From the NCBI GenBank assembly GCA_965261735.1, contig OZ253470.1:2752001-2816000 (forward strand): a stretch of DNA of 64,000 bases. Reading direction: 5' to 3'. The DNA is from Alphaproteobacteria bacterium (GTDB lineage: Bacteria > Pseudomonadota > Alphaproteobacteria > SHVV01). Shown one piece after another: positions 11,160 through 23,521 of this stretch (positions are counted from its first letter, which is position 1; each line of letters starts with the position of its first letter). Under the pieces are notes generated by a model. It saw only the letters and a program-made list of their open reading frames with translations. It was not told where the DNA came from and made no database searches. The position numbers were made by a program, and so were the translations under genes.

Positions 11160-12250
11160 GGGCTGCGCTCCGGATAGAGCGAGAGGAGCCCGGCGGTGCT
11201 TGCGGCGCACACGCCGCGCTCGGTGACAAGGCCGGTGACGAGCCGCGCCGGCGTTACGTCGAAGGCGTAGTTGGCAGCGCGGGTGCCTTCCGGGGTGATC
11301 GCCACCGACACCACTTCGCCCGACGCGGTGCGGCCGCTCACATGCGTGACCTCGGCGGGCGCACGCTCCTCGATCGGGGCGTCCTCGAGCCCATCGGCAT
11401 CCCAGTCGATGGTCGAGTGCGGCAACGCGACGTAGAACGGCACGCCGTTGTCGTGCGCGGCCAATGCCTTCAGATAGGTGCCGATCTTGTTGCACACGTC
11501 GCCGTTGGCGGCGGTGCGGTCGGTGCCGGTGAGGCAGAGGTCGACCGCGCCGCGCTGCATCAGGTGGCCGCCGGCGTTGTCGGCGATCACGGTGTGCGCG
11601 ACCCCATGCTGGCCGAGCTCCCACGCGGTCAGGTTCGCGCCCTGGTTGCGCGGTCTCGTCTCGTCGACCCACACGTGGACCGGCAGGCCCAGGTCGCTGG
11701 CGAGGTAGATGGGCGCCAGCGCCGTCCCCCAATCCACGGTGGCGAGCCAGCCGGCGTTGCAGTGGGTGAGCACGTTGACGGGGCCATCGCCGGCGCGCCG
11801 CTGCAGCGCCGCTTTGATCAGCGGCAGCCCGTGCCCGCCGATGGCGCGGCAGGTGGCGACGTCGTCATCGCAGATTGCGCCCGCGGCCTCGTAGGCGACG
11901 GCGATGCGGTCGTTGTGCGGGCTCGCGCGCAGCGCCTCGCACATCCTATCGAGCGCCCAGCGCAGATTGACCGCGGTGGGGCGCGCCGCCAGCAGCATCT
12001 CGCGGGCCCGGTCGAGGGCGGCATCCGAGGCATCCTTGCGCGCTTGTAGGCACATCCCGTAGGCCGCGGTGGCGCCGATTAGCGGCGCCCCGCGCACCCG
12101 CATGTCGCGAATCGCGCTCGCGGCCTCCTCGGCGCTTTCGAGCCGAGCCGTGACGAACGCGTGGGGCAGGCGCGTCTGATCGATGATCGCCACCGACCAG
12201 CCGTCGTCGGCCACCCAGATCGAGCGATAGGGGACCCCGTTGACTTTCAT
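11156..12250 (-). CDS. mtnA: S-methyl-5-thioribose-1-phosphate isomerase
   Basis: [53 protein letters not shown] and AFDVTP motifs. Confidence 0.96.
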   Translation of the reverse strand: MKVNGVPYRSIWVADDGWSVAIIDQTRLPHAFVTARLESAEEAASAIRDMRVRGAPLIGATAAYGMCLQARKDASDAALDRAREMLLAARPTAVNLRWALDRMCEALRASPHNDRIAVAYEAAGAICDDDVATCRAIGGHGLPLIKAALQRRAGDGPVNVLTHCNAGWLATVDWGTALAPIYLASDLGLPVHVWVDETRPRNQGANLTAWELGQHGVAHTVIADNAGGHLMQRGAVDLCLTGTDRTAANGDVCNKIGTYLKALAAHDNGVPFYVALPHSTIDWDADGLEDAPIEERAPAEVTHVSGRTASGEVVSVAITPEGTRAANYAFDVTPARLVTGLVTERGVCAASTAGLLSLYPERSP

Positions 12251-12350
12251 CCGCGCCCGCGCCGCAACCTCTAATTCCGCTCCAGATTGTTACCATAAAT
12301 CGCACGCACCCTCGTGCGCCACACCGTTGAGTGCTAGGGTCGCAACCGCC

Positions 12351-13451
12351 ATGGCGACTTACTCCAACCTCGTCTCCGGCGATTCCCACATCTACGAGCC
12401 CTTCGATCTGTGGCAGAAGGCACTCGGCCCCAGGTTCGGCGATCGCCTCCCACACCTGATCGACGGCCACGGCGGCGCGAGCGGCAGGTTCTTCGACACC
12501 GGCGGGCAGGTGCTGGCCGTGGCCGAGGTCGATTCCGAGCATCGGAGCGCCGGGTTCCACCTCGCGGGCTACGACCCGGCGACGCGGCTCGACTTCCAGG
12601 AGCGGGCCGAGCTCAAGGCGGAGATCCTCTACGCCACCTACATGCAGAAGATCCTGCACAGCCGCCACGTCGAAGCGCTGCCGGCCATCGCCGAGGTTTA
12701 CAACGACTGGATCCGCGAGTTCGCATCGCACGATGCCAGGCGCCTGATCGGCATCGGCGTCATCCCGATGGTCGATGCCGGGTGGGCCGCACGCGAGCTC
12801 GAGCGCTGCGCCGCGATGGGCTTGCGGGGCGTCATGATCAACTGCCGCGAGCCGGTCGGCTGCCCGCCTTACCGCGACGCGGCCTACGATCCCTTCTGGG
12901 CGCGGGCCTCGGAACTGGGCCTGCCGGTCACACTGCATTCGCTCACCGGCAGGCTGCCCGACCCCTTTCACTTTCACGATGCCGACGCGCAGCAGGACTC
13001 GCCGCGCGCCATGGTCGAGCTGTTCTCCGAGATCCAGGGCACGCTCGCCAACGAGTTCATCTTCGGCGGCCTCCTCGACCGCTACCCGAGCTTGAAGATC
13101 ATCGTCAGCGAGTTCGAGCTCTCGTGGCTGCCCCACTTCGCGTGGCGCATGGATCAGATGCAGGGCGCGTTCGCTGCCCGCATGCCGCTGCCCAAGCTCG
13201 GGCTTGCGCGCGCCAGCGACTATGTGAGGTCGCGCCTGTGGTTCGGCTGGATCGACGATCCGCGCGGCGCCGAGACGGCGCGCGAGATCGGTGCCGAGCG
13301 CGTCCTCTGGGGCTCGGACTTTCCTCACGTGCGCTCGGCCGGCGTCGATGCGCAAAGCACGGTCGCGGCGCTACTAGGCGGGCTATCACGCCCCGAACAG
13401 GAACTGATCGCCGGCGGCACGGCGGGCGAGCTTTACAGCCTTGCTAATTGA
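12351..13451 (+). CDS. Amidohydrolase family protein (Amidohydro_2, LigW/ACMSD-like)
   Basis: VSGDSHIYEP, YNDW, YDPFWA...PVTLH and WGSDFPH motifs. Confidence 0.85.
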   Translation: MATYSNLVSGDSHIYEPFDLWQKALGPRFGDRLPHLIDGHGGASGRFFDTGGQVLAVAEVDSEHRSAGFHLAGYDPATRLDFQERAELKAEILYATYMQKILHSRHVEALPAIAEVYNDWIREFASHDARRLIGIGVIPMVDAGWAARELERCAAMGLRGVMINCREPVGCPPYRDAAYDPFWARASELGLPVTLHSLTGRLPDPFHFHDADAQQDSPRAMVELFSEIQGTLANEFIFGGLLDRYPSLKIIVSEFELSWLPHFAWRMDQMQGAFAARMPLPKLGLARASDYVRSRLWFGWIDDPRGAETAREIGAERVLWGSDFPHVRSAGVDAQSTVAALLGGLSRPEQELIAGGTAGELYSLAN

Positions 13452-13463
13452 CGGGTCGGCGCC

Positions 13464-14008
13464 CTATTCGCCCTCGAAGCTGCACAGGGCGTGGGTCTCG
13501 TGCCCGGCCTCGATAAGGCGGCGGCGGCCGCCGAGTTCGGGGAGGTCGATGACGAAGGCGCAGGCCATGACCTGCCCGCCCGCCTGCTCGATGAGCCGGA
13601 TGGTCGCGAGCGCGGTGCCGCCGGTGGCGATCAGGTCGTCGATCAGCAGTACCCGCTCGCCGGCGCGGATGGCGTCGGTATGGATTTCCACCCGATCGCT
13701 ACCGTATTCGAGCTCGTAATCCTGGCCTATCGTGTCCCACGGTAGCTTGCCCATCTTGCGCACCGGCACGAAGCCCTTATCGAGCTGGTGCGCCACGGCA
13801 CCGCCGAGGATGAAGCCGCGCGCCTCGATGCCGGCGACCTTGTCCAGGGTGCGGTCCTGAAACGGCGCCACCAATGCCGCGAGCGTGGTGCGAAAGCCCT
13901 CGGCATCGAGGAGTAGCGTAGTGATGTCGCGGAACTGGATGCCCGGCTTGGGGTAATCCGGGATGGTACGGATGCGCGATTTTATGACCTCCACCAGGAC
14001 CTCCGCGC

Positions 14009-14012
<4 letters not shown>
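13464..14012 (-). CDS. apt: Adenine phosphoribosyltransferase
   Basis: IPDYPKPGIQFRDIT, GIEARGF, YELEYG and IDDLIATGGT motifs. TTG start overlaps the mtnP stop. Confidence 0.97.
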
Positions 14013-14896
<884 letters not shown>

Positions 14897-14976
14897 GCCC
14901 AAATCCCTATCGCGGCCGAGATGTTTCGGGCGCAAGTGTTTCAGGTCCGCAGCGGCCGATCAACGTCGAGTGCCAT

Positions 14977-14999
14977 AAGAAAGCCGCCCGGCGGGCGGC
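14977..14999 (-). terminator. Putative Rho-independent terminator of petABC
   Basis: GCCGCCC-N3-GGGCGGC hairpin followed on the minus strand by TTTCTT, 25 bp after the petC stop. Confidence 0.55.
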
Positions 15000-15023
15000 C
15001 CTCAACGCCAGCATGCGCGTCCC

Positions 15024-15815
15024 CTAATGGACGTCGCGCCAGACCTTCTGCTTGGCGAGGTAGAACAGGACGGTCAGCGCGATAAGGAAGATCATGACCT
15101 TGAAGCCGAGGCGCTTGCGGGCCTCGAGGGTAGGCTCGGCGGCCCACGCGAGGAAGGTCACGACGTCGCCCGCCATCTGCTCGACCGTGGCCGGCGTGCC
15201 ATCCGCGTACTCGACCACATCCTCTTCCAGCGGCGGCGCCATGGCGATCTGATGACCCGGGAAGTAGGCATTGTACTGCAGCCCCTCGCCGACCTCCACA
15301 CCCTCCGGCGGTTCGTGGTAGCCGGTGAGCAGGGCGTACACGTAGTCCTCGCCGTAGACGTACAGCGAACGGTGGACCGTGCCCCCGGACCGCGCCTTGA
15401 CGATCAGCGAGAGGTCGGGCGGCAGGGCGCCGTTGTTGGCCGCGCGGGCTTCGTTGTCATTGGTAAAGGGCGAGGGGAACGGGTCCGAAAGGCGCGCTGG
15501 TCGGTCGAACATCTCGCCTTCCGCGTCGGGCCCGTCGGTCACGTCGTACTCGGACGCGATCGCCTTGGCCTCGTCCGCGCTGAAGCCTATTTCGACGAGG
15601 TTGCGGAAGCTGATGTATTTGAGCGAATGGCAGGCCGCGCACACGTCCCTGTAAACCAGGTAGCCGCGCTGCAAAGCCCCGCGGTCGAACGAGCCGAAGA
15701 TGCCGTTGAAGGACCAGGGGTGCGCGGTCGGCTCCTCGCCGGCGGCCGCGGCCGGGCCTTGGCCGGCGAGGGCGAGGGCGAGCGCCACCGCGGCGCAGGC
15801 GAGCGCGCGTCGCAT
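15024..15815 (-). CDS. petC: Cytochrome c1
   Basis: Signal peptide [14 protein letters not shown] heme motif, GALPPDLS, IAMAPP and a C-terminal TM helix. Confidence 0.96.
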   Translation of the reverse strand: MRRALACAAVALALALAGQGPAAAAGEEPTAHPWSFNGIFGSFDRGALQRGYLVYRDVCAACHSLKYISFRNLVEIGFSADEAKAIASEYDVTDGPDAEGEMFDRPARLSDPFPSPFTNDNEARAANNGALPPDLSLIVKARSGGTVHRSLYVYGEDYVYALLTGYHEPPEGVEVGEGLQYNAYFPGHQIAMAPPLEEDVVEYADGTPATVEQMAGDVVTFLAWAAEPTLEARKRLGFKVMIFLIALTVLFYLAKQKVWRDVH

Positions 15816-17080
15816 TACGATCCGTCGCCGGGTGGCGATGCCGCCGCCGCGCCAGCCGACGCTGGCGCCAGCACCGGCTCGTGGATGCCCTCGGGCGTCG
15901 GCTTGGGCCTCTCGAGCCAGCCCACGAGTGGCAGGATGATGATGAAGTGGAGGAAGTAGTAAGCCGTGGCGACACGGCCGATGACCAGCCACACACCCTC
16001 GGGCGGGTTGGCGCCGACGACCCCAAGCACCAGGGTGTCGATGACCCAAAGCCAGAAGAACTGCTTGAACACCGGGCGAAAGCGCGCCGAGCGGACGCGC
16101 GAGGTATCGAGCCACGGCAGCAGGAACAGAATGACGATCGACGCCACCATCAGGATCACGCCGCCGAGTTTGTCGGGCACCGCGCGCAGGATGGCGTAGT
16201 AGGGCAGGAAGTACCACTCCGGGACAATGTGCGGCGGCGTCGCCAGCGAATTGGCCGGAATGTAGTTGTCGGGGTGACCCATGTAGTTGGGCGCGTAGAA
16301 CACGAATGCGGCGAGCGCGATGAGGAACGCCCCGAGCCCGACCATGTCCTTGATCGTGTAGTAGGGATGGAACGGGATCGTATCCTGCGCGCCCTTGATG
16401 TCGACGCCGAGCGGATTGTTCGACTTGTGGACGTGCAGCGCCCACAGGTGGAGGAACACGACGCCGACGATCGCGAACGGCAGCAGGTAGTGCAGGCTGT
16501 AGAAGCGGGTCAGCGTCGGGCTGCCGACGGTGAAGCCGCCCCACAGCCAAGTGGTGATGCCCTCGCCCACGAGCGGGATCGCCGAGAACAGGTTGGTGAT
16601 CACGGTGGCCGCCCAGTAGCTCATCTGCCCCCACGGCAGCACGTAACCCATGAAGGCGCTCGCCATCATCAGCAGCAGGATGACGAGGCCGAGCCACCAC
16701 AGGAGCTCACGCGGGTACTTGTAGGAGCCGTAGTACATGCCGCGGAAGAGGTGGATGTAGACCACGAGGAAGAACAGCGACGCGCCGTTGGCGTGGAGGT
16801 AGCGCAGCAGCCAGCCGTAATTGACGTTGCGCATGATGTGCTCGACGCTGTCGAACGCCATGTCGGCGTGCGGGATGTAGTGCATCGCCAGCACGATGCC
16901 GGTGACGATCTGCAGCACCAGCGCGATGCCAGCGATGGAGCCGAAGTTCCACCAGTAGCTGAGGTTCTTGGGCGATGGATAGTTGGTGCCGACCGAATCG
17001 TTGATGAAGCCGAAGATTGGCAGCCGAAACTCGATCCATCGAATGATCGGGTTCGACGACTGGAACGAGCTCGAACTCAT
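15815..17080 (-). CDS. petB: Cytochrome b
   Basis: [25 protein letters not shown] and PEWY motifs. Confidence 0.98.
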   Translation of the reverse strand: MSSSSFQSSNPIIRWIEFRLPIFGFINDSVGTNYPSPKNLSYWWNFGSIAGIALVLQIVTGIVLAMHYIPHADMAFDSVEHIMRNVNYGWLLRYLHANGASLFFLVVYIHLFRGMYYGSYKYPRELLWWLGLVILLLMMASAFMGYVLPWGQMSYWAATVITNLFSAIPLVGEGITTWLWGGFTVGSPTLTRFYSLHYLLPFAIVGVVFLHLWALHVHKSNNPLGVDIKGAQDTIPFHPYYTIKDMVGLGAFLIALAAFVFYAPNYMGHPDNYIPANSLATPPHIVPEWYFLPYYAILRAVPDKLGGVILMVASIVILFLLPWLDTSRVRSARFRPVFKQFFWLWVIDTLVLGVVGANPPEGVWLVIGRVATAYYFLHFIIILPLVGWLERPKPTPEGIHEPVLAPASAGAAAASPPGDGS

Positions 17081-17083
17081 CGC

Positions 17084-17626
17084 TCAGCCGATCCTGATCG
17101 TCGTTTCGTCGAGGAATTCGTAGTCCGGCACCTCCAGGTTGAGCGGCGCCGGGCCTTTGCGGATGCGCCCCGAGGTGTCGTAGTGCGAGCCGTGGCACGG
17201 GCAGAACCAGCCGCCGAACTCGCCCTTCGGCTCGGTTCCCTTCTGGCCCAGCGGAATACAGCCGAGGTGCGTACACACGCCGACCATGACCAGCCATTCG
17301 GGCTTTTGCACGCGCTCGCTATCGGTTTGGGGATCGCGTAGGTCGCCGATATCAGCGCCTTGCGCGGCCTCGATCTCGGCCGCCGTGCGACGGCGTACGA
17401 AGACCGGCTTGCCGCGCCAGACGATGGTGATGCTCTGGCCCTCCTCGACCGGGCCGAGATCGACTTCGGTGGAGGACAGCGCCAGCACGTCAGCGGAGGG
17501 GTTCATCGAGTGGACGAGCGGCCACAGGGAGGCTATCGCGCCAACGACGCCTGCGGTCCCCACCGCCACGTAGAGAAAGTCGCGCCGAGCCACTTCCTCG
17601 CCGTGAACGTCTTCCGGCGCCGTCAT
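17084..17626 (-). CDS. petA: Ubiquinol-cytochrome c reductase Rieske iron-sulfur subunit
   Basis: Tat motif RRDFL; CTHLGC and CPCHGS Rieske boxes. Confidence 0.97.
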   Translation of the reverse strand: MTAPEDVHGEEVARRDFLYVAVGTAGVVGAIASLWPLVHSMNPSADVLALSSTEVDLGPVEEGQSITIVWRGKPVFVRRRTAAEIEAAQGADIGDLRDPQTDSERVQKPEWLVMVGVCTHLGCIPLGQKGTEPKGEFGGWFCPCHGSHYDTSGRIRKGPAPLNLEVPDYEFLDETTIRIG

Positions 17627-17752
17627 CCCCCCACCTCGTGCATCGCGCGCGGGCGGCACATTACTAGTCGCTGTCGGCCACCCTTGTCCAGTGCTAGCGC
17701 CGCCGCCGCGCCGGGGCTGGCGGCGGCCGCAAACTGCGTTAAGGTGCCGGCC

Positions 17753-18250
17753 ATGCGGCTCGCCCTCTACCAACCCGACATCCCGCCCAACGCGGGAACA
17801 CTGCTGCGCCTCGGCGCGTGCCTCGGGATCGCCATCGACATCATCGAGCCCTGCGGCTTCCCGTTCGCCGACCGGGCGCTGCGGCGCGCCGGCCTCGACT
17901 ACCTCGATCTTGCCGAGGTCCATCGCCATCGCTCGTGGGCCGCCTTCCTCGCCTCGCGCGGTGGCGCGGGACGCCTGGTGCTGCTCACGACCCGGGGCGC
18001 CACCGACTACACGGGGTTCGGGTTCGAGCCCGGCGACACGATCCTCGTGGGCCGCGAGAGCGCCGGGGCGCCCGACGAGGTGCACGCGGCCGCCGACGCC
18101 CGCTTGCGCATTCCCATGGCGCCAGACGCCCGCGCCCTCAACGTCGCCGTAGCCGCGGCCATGGCCCTCGGCGAAGCCCTGCGCCAGACGAACTCGTTTC
18201 CGTCATCGGACATGGGCGCGGCCACGGCGGCGCGGGCCGCGCTGTCGTGA
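17753..18250 (+). CDS. trmL: tRNA (cytidine(34)-2'-O)-methyltransferase
   Basis: [25 protein letters not shown] and IPM...LNVA SPOUT motifs. Confidence 0.92.
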   Translation: MRLALYQPDIPPNAGTLLRLGACLGIAIDIIEPCGFPFADRALRRAGLDYLDLAEVHRHRSWAAFLASRGGAGRLVLLTTRGATDYTGFGFEPGDTILVGRESAGAPDEVHAAADARLRIPMAPDARALNVAVAAAMALGEALRQTNSFPSSDMGAATAARAALS

Positions 18251-19104
18251 GCGGCGATCGGCAGGCCGCGGCGGCGGCCTGGTTCGAAGAGCTGCGCGAC
18301 GGGCTATGCAGGGCTTTCGAGACGCTCGAGGACGAGGCTCGAGGCGTACCGGGCGCCACGCCGGGGCGCTTCGAGCGTAGCGCCTGGCAGCGCGAAGCCG
18401 CTGGCGGCGATAGTGCCGGCGGCGGTGGCGTGATGTCGGTCATGCGGGGCCGGGTATTCGAGAAGATCGGCGTCAACGTATCGACGGTGTACGGCGAGTT
18501 CTCGCCCGAGTTCCGCACGCGCGTCCCGGGCGCCGAAGAGGATCCCCGCTACTGGGCGAGCGGCCTGTCGCTTGTCGCCCACCCCTGTTCGCCCAAGGTC
18601 CCGGCTGCGCATATGAACACGCGCCACGTCGTCACGACCAAGGCCTGGTTCGGTGGCGGCGCCGACCTCACGCCGATGGTTGCCGACGAGGCCGACACGA
18701 CGGCGTTTCACGGCGCCCTCAAGGCGGCCTGTGATACCCACGACACGACCTATTACGCGCGGTTCAAAAAGTGGTGCGACGAATACTTCTTCCTGCCCCA
18801 CCGCGGCGAGCCGCGCGGCGTCGGCGGCATCTTTTTCGACGACCTCGGCAGCGCCGACTGGGCCGCCGACTTCGCCTTCACCCGCGATGTCGGCACCGCC
18901 TTCCTCGAGGCCTATCCGGCCATCGTGCGCCGCCACATGAACGAAACCTGGACCGACGCCGAGCGCGAGCATCAACTCATTCGCCGCGGGCGCTACGTCG
19001 AGTTCAACCTGCTCTGCGACCGTGGGACCCAGTTTGGGCTCAAGACCGGCGGCAACGTTGATGCCATACTGATGTCGCTACCGCCGGAGGTGAAGTGGCC
19101 GTGA
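18247..19104 (+). CDS. hemF: Oxygen-dependent coproporphyrinogen III oxidase
   Basis: [32 protein letters not shown] and [10 protein letters not shown] motifs. GTG overlaps the trmL stop. Confidence 0.96.
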   Translation: MSGDRQAAAAAWFEELRDGLCRAFETLEDEARGVPGATPGRFERSAWQREAAGGDSAGGGGVMSVMRGRVFEKIGVNVSTVYGEFSPEFRTRVPGAEEDPRYWASGLSLVAHPCSPKVPAAHMNTRHVVTTKAWFGGGADLTPMVADEADTTAFHGALKAACDTHDTTYYARFKKWCDEYFFLPHRGEPRGVGGIFFDDLGSADWAADFAFTRDVGTAFLEAYPAIVRRHMNETWTDAEREHQLIRRGRYVEFNLLCDRGTQFGLKTGGNVDAILMSLPPEVKWP

Positions 19105-19682
19105 ACGGAGGGACCGCCGTGGCGACCTGGTGGAGACGAGCGGAACGGCTGGCGGCGCTGATCGCGACCATCGCCCTGCTCGGCGCGGCCCCGGCGCTCG
19201 CCCAGGGCCGGGACGCGCCGATCAGCGCCTTTTTTGGACAATGGGTCGGCAGCGGCGTCTCGGAAAGCGCGATCAGCATCGTCTTCCCCTACACCCAGCG
19301 CGACCTCAACGTCACGATCCGGCCCGACGGCGCCGGCTTCGCGGTCTCGTGGGTCACCGTCCAGCGTAAGAAGGGTGATCCCAACAATCCAACGCCCGTG
19401 CGCAAGACCACGCGCACGTCCTTCATCCCGAGCGGCCGCACCAATGTATGGCGGGCGAGCGACACGGCGGATCCGCTGGCCGGCAACGCGTACACCTGGG
19501 CCCGCAAGGAGGGCCAGTCCCTGATCGTGTACTCCACGCTCATCGAGGACGATGGCCGCTTCGAGTTGCAGGTCTACACGCGCACCCTGTCGGGCCTCGG
19601 CATGGCCCTCGAGTTTGTCAGCGTGCGCGACGGCGAGATCGCGCGCACGGTCAAGGGCCAGCTCACCAAATTCAGCGATTGA
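19095..19682 (+). CDS. Hypothetical exported protein
   Basis: Signal peptide (...[10 protein letters not shown]), host-like codon usage, beta-strand-rich mature part. Start codon uncertain. Confidence 0.7.
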   Translation: MAVNGGTAVATWWRRAERLAALIATIALLGAAPALAQGRDAPISAFFGQWVGSGVSESAISIVFPYTQRDLNVTIRPDGAGFAVSWVTVQRKKGDPNNPTPVRKTTRTSFIPSGRTNVWRASDTADPLAGNAYTWARKEGQSLIVYSTLIEDDGRFELQVYTRTLSGLGMALEFVSVRDGEIARTVKGQLTKFSD

Positions 19683-19706
19683 AACGACGGGCGGCGCGGC
19701 GTCTGC

Positions 19707-20939
19707 TCACGCGGTGGCGGTCAGCGCCCTGATCCACGCCAGCAACTCGGCACGATCGGAGCGAAAGTCGCGCTCGATCCACCGCGCCTCGGCTGCGCCC
19801 AGCAGCGCGCCGATGGCGGGCCCGCTGGCGATGCCGAGCGCCTTCACATCGCGGCCCCGCACCGGCAGCGCCGGTACCGGCCAAGTGGCGACGTTCGATA
19901 GCATGGCGCGGAAGCGGGTATCGCCGCGCGCTGACCTGGCCCACGCCAGTAGCACCGCATCGCGCAGCGCGTCGCGCCCGAGCCTGTAAAGGGCAACCCG
20001 CAGCTTGCGCGCGCCCGAGCGGCCGTCGACGGCAATCGGTGGCGCGACCATCGTCACCAGCCTGGCGCGTTGCTTATTGGAGAGGCGCAGGCGGGCCGCC
20101 ACGGCCGCGGCGCAGGCACCATCGGTGGCCAGCGCGGCGCCGAGGCGGCGCAAGGGATCGCCGCCGCCGCTGGCGGCCTCGATCCGGCACAGGCGGCGTA
20201 GGCGCCGCAGGTTGCCGGCCTCGGGCAGGATCGGAGCGAGCACGCCGTTCGCACCCATCAGGGCGAGCGCCGCCGCCGGGTCGGGCGCATCGAGCAGGCG
20301 CAGCAGCTCGCCCGCGACGCGCTCGCCCGAGAGCTCGCGCAGGCGCTCGGCGTGCCGCCGGCAGGCGGCGAGCCCGATTGGATCCGGCGGCCCCCGACCG
20401 TACCAGGCGTGGAAGCGGAAGAATCTCAGTATGCGCAGTACGTCCTCGACGATGCGCTGCGCCGGCTCGCCGACAAAGCGCACCCGCCCCGCGCGAAGGT
20501 CGGCGAGGCCGCCCATCGGATCATACAGCGTGCCATCGTCGTCGAGATAAAGGGCGTTGATGGTGAAGTCGCGGCGCTCGGCGTCGGCGATCCAGTCGTC
20601 GGTAAACGCGACCTTGGCGCGGCGGCCGTAGGCTTCGACGTCGCGGCGCAGCGTCGTCACCTCGAAGTGCTCTTCGCCGATGATGGCGGTGATCGTACCG
20701 TACGCGATGCCGGTCGGGATCGCGCGCACCCCGGCCTGGCCGAGCAGCCGCAGCACCCGGGGCGGCGTGTCCGGCGTGGCGATATCGATGTCGACGACTT
20801 GGCGCCGGAGCAGGGCATCGCGCACGCAGCCGCCGACGAACCTCACCGTGGTTCCCCGCGCCGACAGCGCGGCGACCACGGCGCGCGTTGCCGCCGCCAC
20901 GAGCCAGGGCTCGCGAGCGAGCCTGGCCGGCGAACGCAC
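19707..20939 (-). CDS. cca: CCA tRNA nucleotidyltransferase
   Basis: VGGCVRD, DIDIAT, EVTTLRRD, RRDFTINA and EDVLRILRFFRF motifs. GTG start inferred. Confidence 0.93.
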   Translation of the reverse strand: MRSPARLAREPWLVAAATRAVVAALSARGTTVRFVGGCVRDALLRRQVVDIDIATPDTPPRVLRLLGQAGVRAIPTGIAYGTITAIIGEEHFEVTTLRRDVEAYGRRAKVAFTDDWIADAERRDFTINALYLDDDGTLYDPMGGLADLRAGRVRFVGEPAQRIVEDVLRILRFFRFHAWYGRGPPDPIGLAACRRHAERLRELSGERVAGELLRLLDAPDPAAALALMGANGVLAPILPEAGNLRRLRRLCRIEAASGGGDPLRRLGAALATDGACAAAVAARLRLSNKQRARLVTMVAPPIAVDGRSGARKLRVALYRLGRDALRDAVLLAWARSARGDTRFRAMLSNVATWPVPALPVRGRDVKALGIASGPAIGALLGAAEARWIERDFRSDRAELLAWIRALTATA

Positions 20940-20947
20940 GGGCGCCG

Positions 20948-21223
20948 CTAGCGGACCTCCGCCGGCGCGATCTTGCCGTCGATCAGGCGCGGCGGAACGT
21001 AGGTGCCCTCGGTATCTCCGTTGGTGAGCAACGCAAATCCGAGGAGGGTCACGATCATCAGGCTCGCGGCGGCGATACCGAGCCACGTCCAGGGCGCATC
21101 GTGCCACCCCGGTGACGAGCCGCCGGCGGCCCGGGCTCGCCGGCCGGCGAGCCACAGATAGAGCGCGTAAAGCACGAACGGGAGCGCGATCGGTACGACG
21201 TAGATCAGCAGCTTTCGCAGCAT
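20948..21223 (-). CDS. Small membrane protein (DUF6111-like)
   Basis: Two TM segments and a YVPPRLIDGKI tail; usual position between the Nudix gene and cca. Confidence 0.75.
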   Translation of the reverse strand: MLRKLLIYVVPIALPFVLYALYLWLAGRRARAAGGSSPGWHDAPWTWLGIAAASLMIVTLLGFALLTNGDTEGTYVPPRLIDGKIAPAEVR

Positions 21224-21849
21224 CAGGGGACAAGCCTATCGTAAAGGTTGACCAGCATGCCGGCGGTCGCGCCCCAGATGAAACGCGTGCCGTAGGGCAT
21301 GGCGTAGAAGTGGCGCTCGACGCCGTCGAAGACGCGGCTGTGGCGGCGGTGGTTGGCGGGGTGGAGGAGGAAGTCGAGCGGTACCTCGAACGCTTCCGCG
21401 ACCTCGAGGGCGTCGAGACGCAGGGTAAAGCCGGGCGCCACCAGGCCAACGACGGGCGTGACCGAAAAGCCGGTGCCGGTCTCGTAGACATCGAGCCCCC
21501 CCATGATCTCGACGCGATTCCGATCGAGCCCGATCTCCTCCTCGGTCTCGCGCAGCGCCGTCGCGACCGGCCCTTCGTCATCGGGTTCGACGCGGCCGCC
21601 CGGGAAGCTGATCTGACCGGCATGGTCGTTGAGATGATCGGTCCGTTGGGTGAGCAGGACCGTGGTACCCGAAGCGTGCTCGATGAGAGGTATCAGCACC
21701 GCCGCCGGTACCAGCATGTTTCGGACCCGGTGCGCGCCTGGGTTGAGATCGAAATCGCCGCGCCGGCCGGGGGCGGGCGTGGCCGATGCATCGGGCAGGC
21801 CGGCGAGCGCCGCGCGCAGCCGTGCGCCGCCCAGGGTGTGCGGGGTCAT
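21223..21849 (-). CDS. CoA pyrophosphatase, Nudix family
   Basis: AAVLIPL, LLTQR, HAGQISFPGG, ALRETEEEIG and IWGATA motifs. Confidence 0.93.
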   Translation of the reverse strand: MTPHTLGGARLRAALAGLPDASATPAPGRRGDFDLNPGAHRVRNMLVPAAVLIPLIEHASGTTVLLTQRTDHLNDHAGQISFPGGRVEPDDEGPVATALRETEEEIGLDRNRVEIMGGLDVYETGTGFSVTPVVGLVAPGFTLRLDALEVAEAFEVPLDFLLHPANHRRHSRVFDGVERHFYAMPYGTRFIWGATAGMLVNLYDRLVP

Positions 21850-22469
21850 GCGCCTGCAGCCTCTTCGTCGAGGCGCCCGAGCTCGAAGAAGGTGCCGTGG
21901 CTCCACACGCCGACCACGGCCGAGCCCGGATGCGCCGCGACCCCGAGGTCGACCAGCTCGTAATAGACGGGACGGGCGATGAGCGCCTCGAGGCGATCGC
22001 GCACGAGGATGTAGGGGGCGAGGTGGCCGCCCGCCGCATCGTGGGCTATTCGGATCGGATGGTCGGCATCCGCGGCGACGAGTTCGTCGAGATTGGTGCG
22101 AAAGGTGAGCGCCTGGTCCTCTCCTCTGCCCGAGCGCGTTACGTCGACGGCGACGAACGGCGCGTCCTCGACCGTCACCGCGCACCGCTCGACGGGCGTG
22201 ACCAGCCAGAAGGAGCCATCGTCGTCGCGCCGGAGCACGCCGGCAAACAGCTTGACCAACGGTTTGCGACCGATCAGCGAGCCGTGGTAGAACCAAGTGC
22301 CGTCGCGGGCGATACGCATGTCGATATCGCCACGAGAACCGGCGCCATCCGGTCCGCGTTGGGCGGGTTGAGCACCGCCGAGCGCGACGGCGGGTTCGTT
22401 GGTGTCGCGGGGGGAGGACGTCGTCAAAACGGGCCGTGCGCGCGTGCGCGGGGGTTCCTGGCCTTCCAT
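21846..22469 (-). CDS. DUF1285 family protein
   Basis: MRIARDGTWFYHGS, LVTPVE, VEDAPF, FRTN and PY...LEALIAR motifs. Start uncertain. Confidence 0.85.
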   Translation of the reverse strand: MEGQEPPRTRARPVLTTSSPRDTNEPAVALGGAQPAQRGPDGAGSRGDIDMRIARDGTWFYHGSLIGRKPLVKLFAGVLRRDDDGSFWLVTPVERCAVTVEDAPFVAVDVTRSGRGEDQALTFRTNLDELVAADADHPIRIAHDAAGGHLAPYILVRDRLEALIARPVYYELVDLGVAAHPGSAVVGVWSHGTFFELGRLDEEAAGA

Positions 22470-22483
22470 CGTGGTGATCCGAC

Positions 22484-23515
22484 ATGAGTATAACCGAGCC
22501 CACGCAATCCGCCAGCCAAGGGCCGGCCGGTAAGCAAGACGACGCCCTCGCGCGCGAAATGGAGGAGCTGTGCGCCAAGCTCGCCGTGGTCCGCGAGCGG
22601 CTTGGCCGCGTCATCTTCGGCCAGCAGGAGGTGATCGACGAAACCCTCATCACCCTGTTGGCGGGTGGCCACGCCCTGCTGATCGGCGTGCCCGGCCTCG
22701 CCAAGACGCGCCTCGTCGAGACCCTCGGTCAGGTACTCGGCCTGTCGTCGCGGCGCATTCAATTCACGCCCGACCTGATGCCCGCCGACATCGTCGGCTC
22801 GGAGGTGCTCGAAGAGTCGGAAACCGGGCGCCGCTCGTTCCGCTTTATCAAGGGGCCGGTGTTCTGCCAGCTGCTGATGGCCGACGAGATCAACCGGGCC
22901 AGCCCGCGCACCCAGTCGGCGCTACTGCAGGCAATGCAGGAGATGCGCGTCTCCATGGCCGGGCATAACCACGCCCTTCCCGCCCCCTTCCACGTGCTGG
23001 CGACGCAGAACCCGCTCGAGCAGGAGGGCACCTACCCGCTGCCCGAGGCGCAGCTCGACCGCTTCCTCATGCAGGTCGACGTCGGCTACCCCGACCTCGA
23101 GGCCGAGCGTGCCATGCTCCTGGCGACCACTGGCCCGCCCGAGGTGCCGCCGGGTGAAGTGATGTCGGCCGAGGAACTGAAGGCGGCGCAGCGCCTGGTC
23201 CGGCGCATCCCGGTCGGCGAAAGCGTGGTCGAAGCCATCCTCAAGCTGGTGCGCTCGGGCCGGCCCGACACCACCGACCTCGACGACATCAAGCGCCACG
23301 TCGCCTGGGGACCGGGACCGCGGGCGAGCCAGGCGCTGATCCTGGCGGTGCGGGCCCGGGCGCTGATCGACGGACGGCTATCGCCTTCGCTCGATGACGT
23401 CGTCGCGCTGGCACCGCCGACGCTGCGCCATCGCATGGCTCTCAATTTTGGCGCCCGCGCTGACGGCGTCACGACGGCGCAGACGATCGAGCGCCTGTGC
23501 GCGCCCTTTGCCTGA
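22484..23515 (+). CDS. MoxR family AAA+ ATPase
   Basis: [35 protein letters not shown] and [22 protein letters not shown] motifs. Confidence 0.96.
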   Translation: MSITEPTQSASQGPAGKQDDALAREMEELCAKLAVVRERLGRVIFGQQEVIDETLITLLAGGHALLIGVPGLAKTRLVETLGQVLGLSSRRIQFTPDLMPADIVGSEVLEESETGRRSFRFIKGPVFCQLLMADEINRASPRTQSALLQAMQEMRVSMAGHNHALPAPFHVLATQNPLEQEGTYPLPEAQLDRFLMQVDVGYPDLEAERAMLLATTGPPEVPPGEVMSAEELKAAQRLVRRIPVGESVVEAILKLVRSGRPDTTDLDDIKRHVAWGPGPRASQALILAVRARALIDGRLSPSLDDVVALAPPTLRHRMALNFGARADGVTTAQTIERLCAPFA

Positions 23516-23521
23516 GCACCC

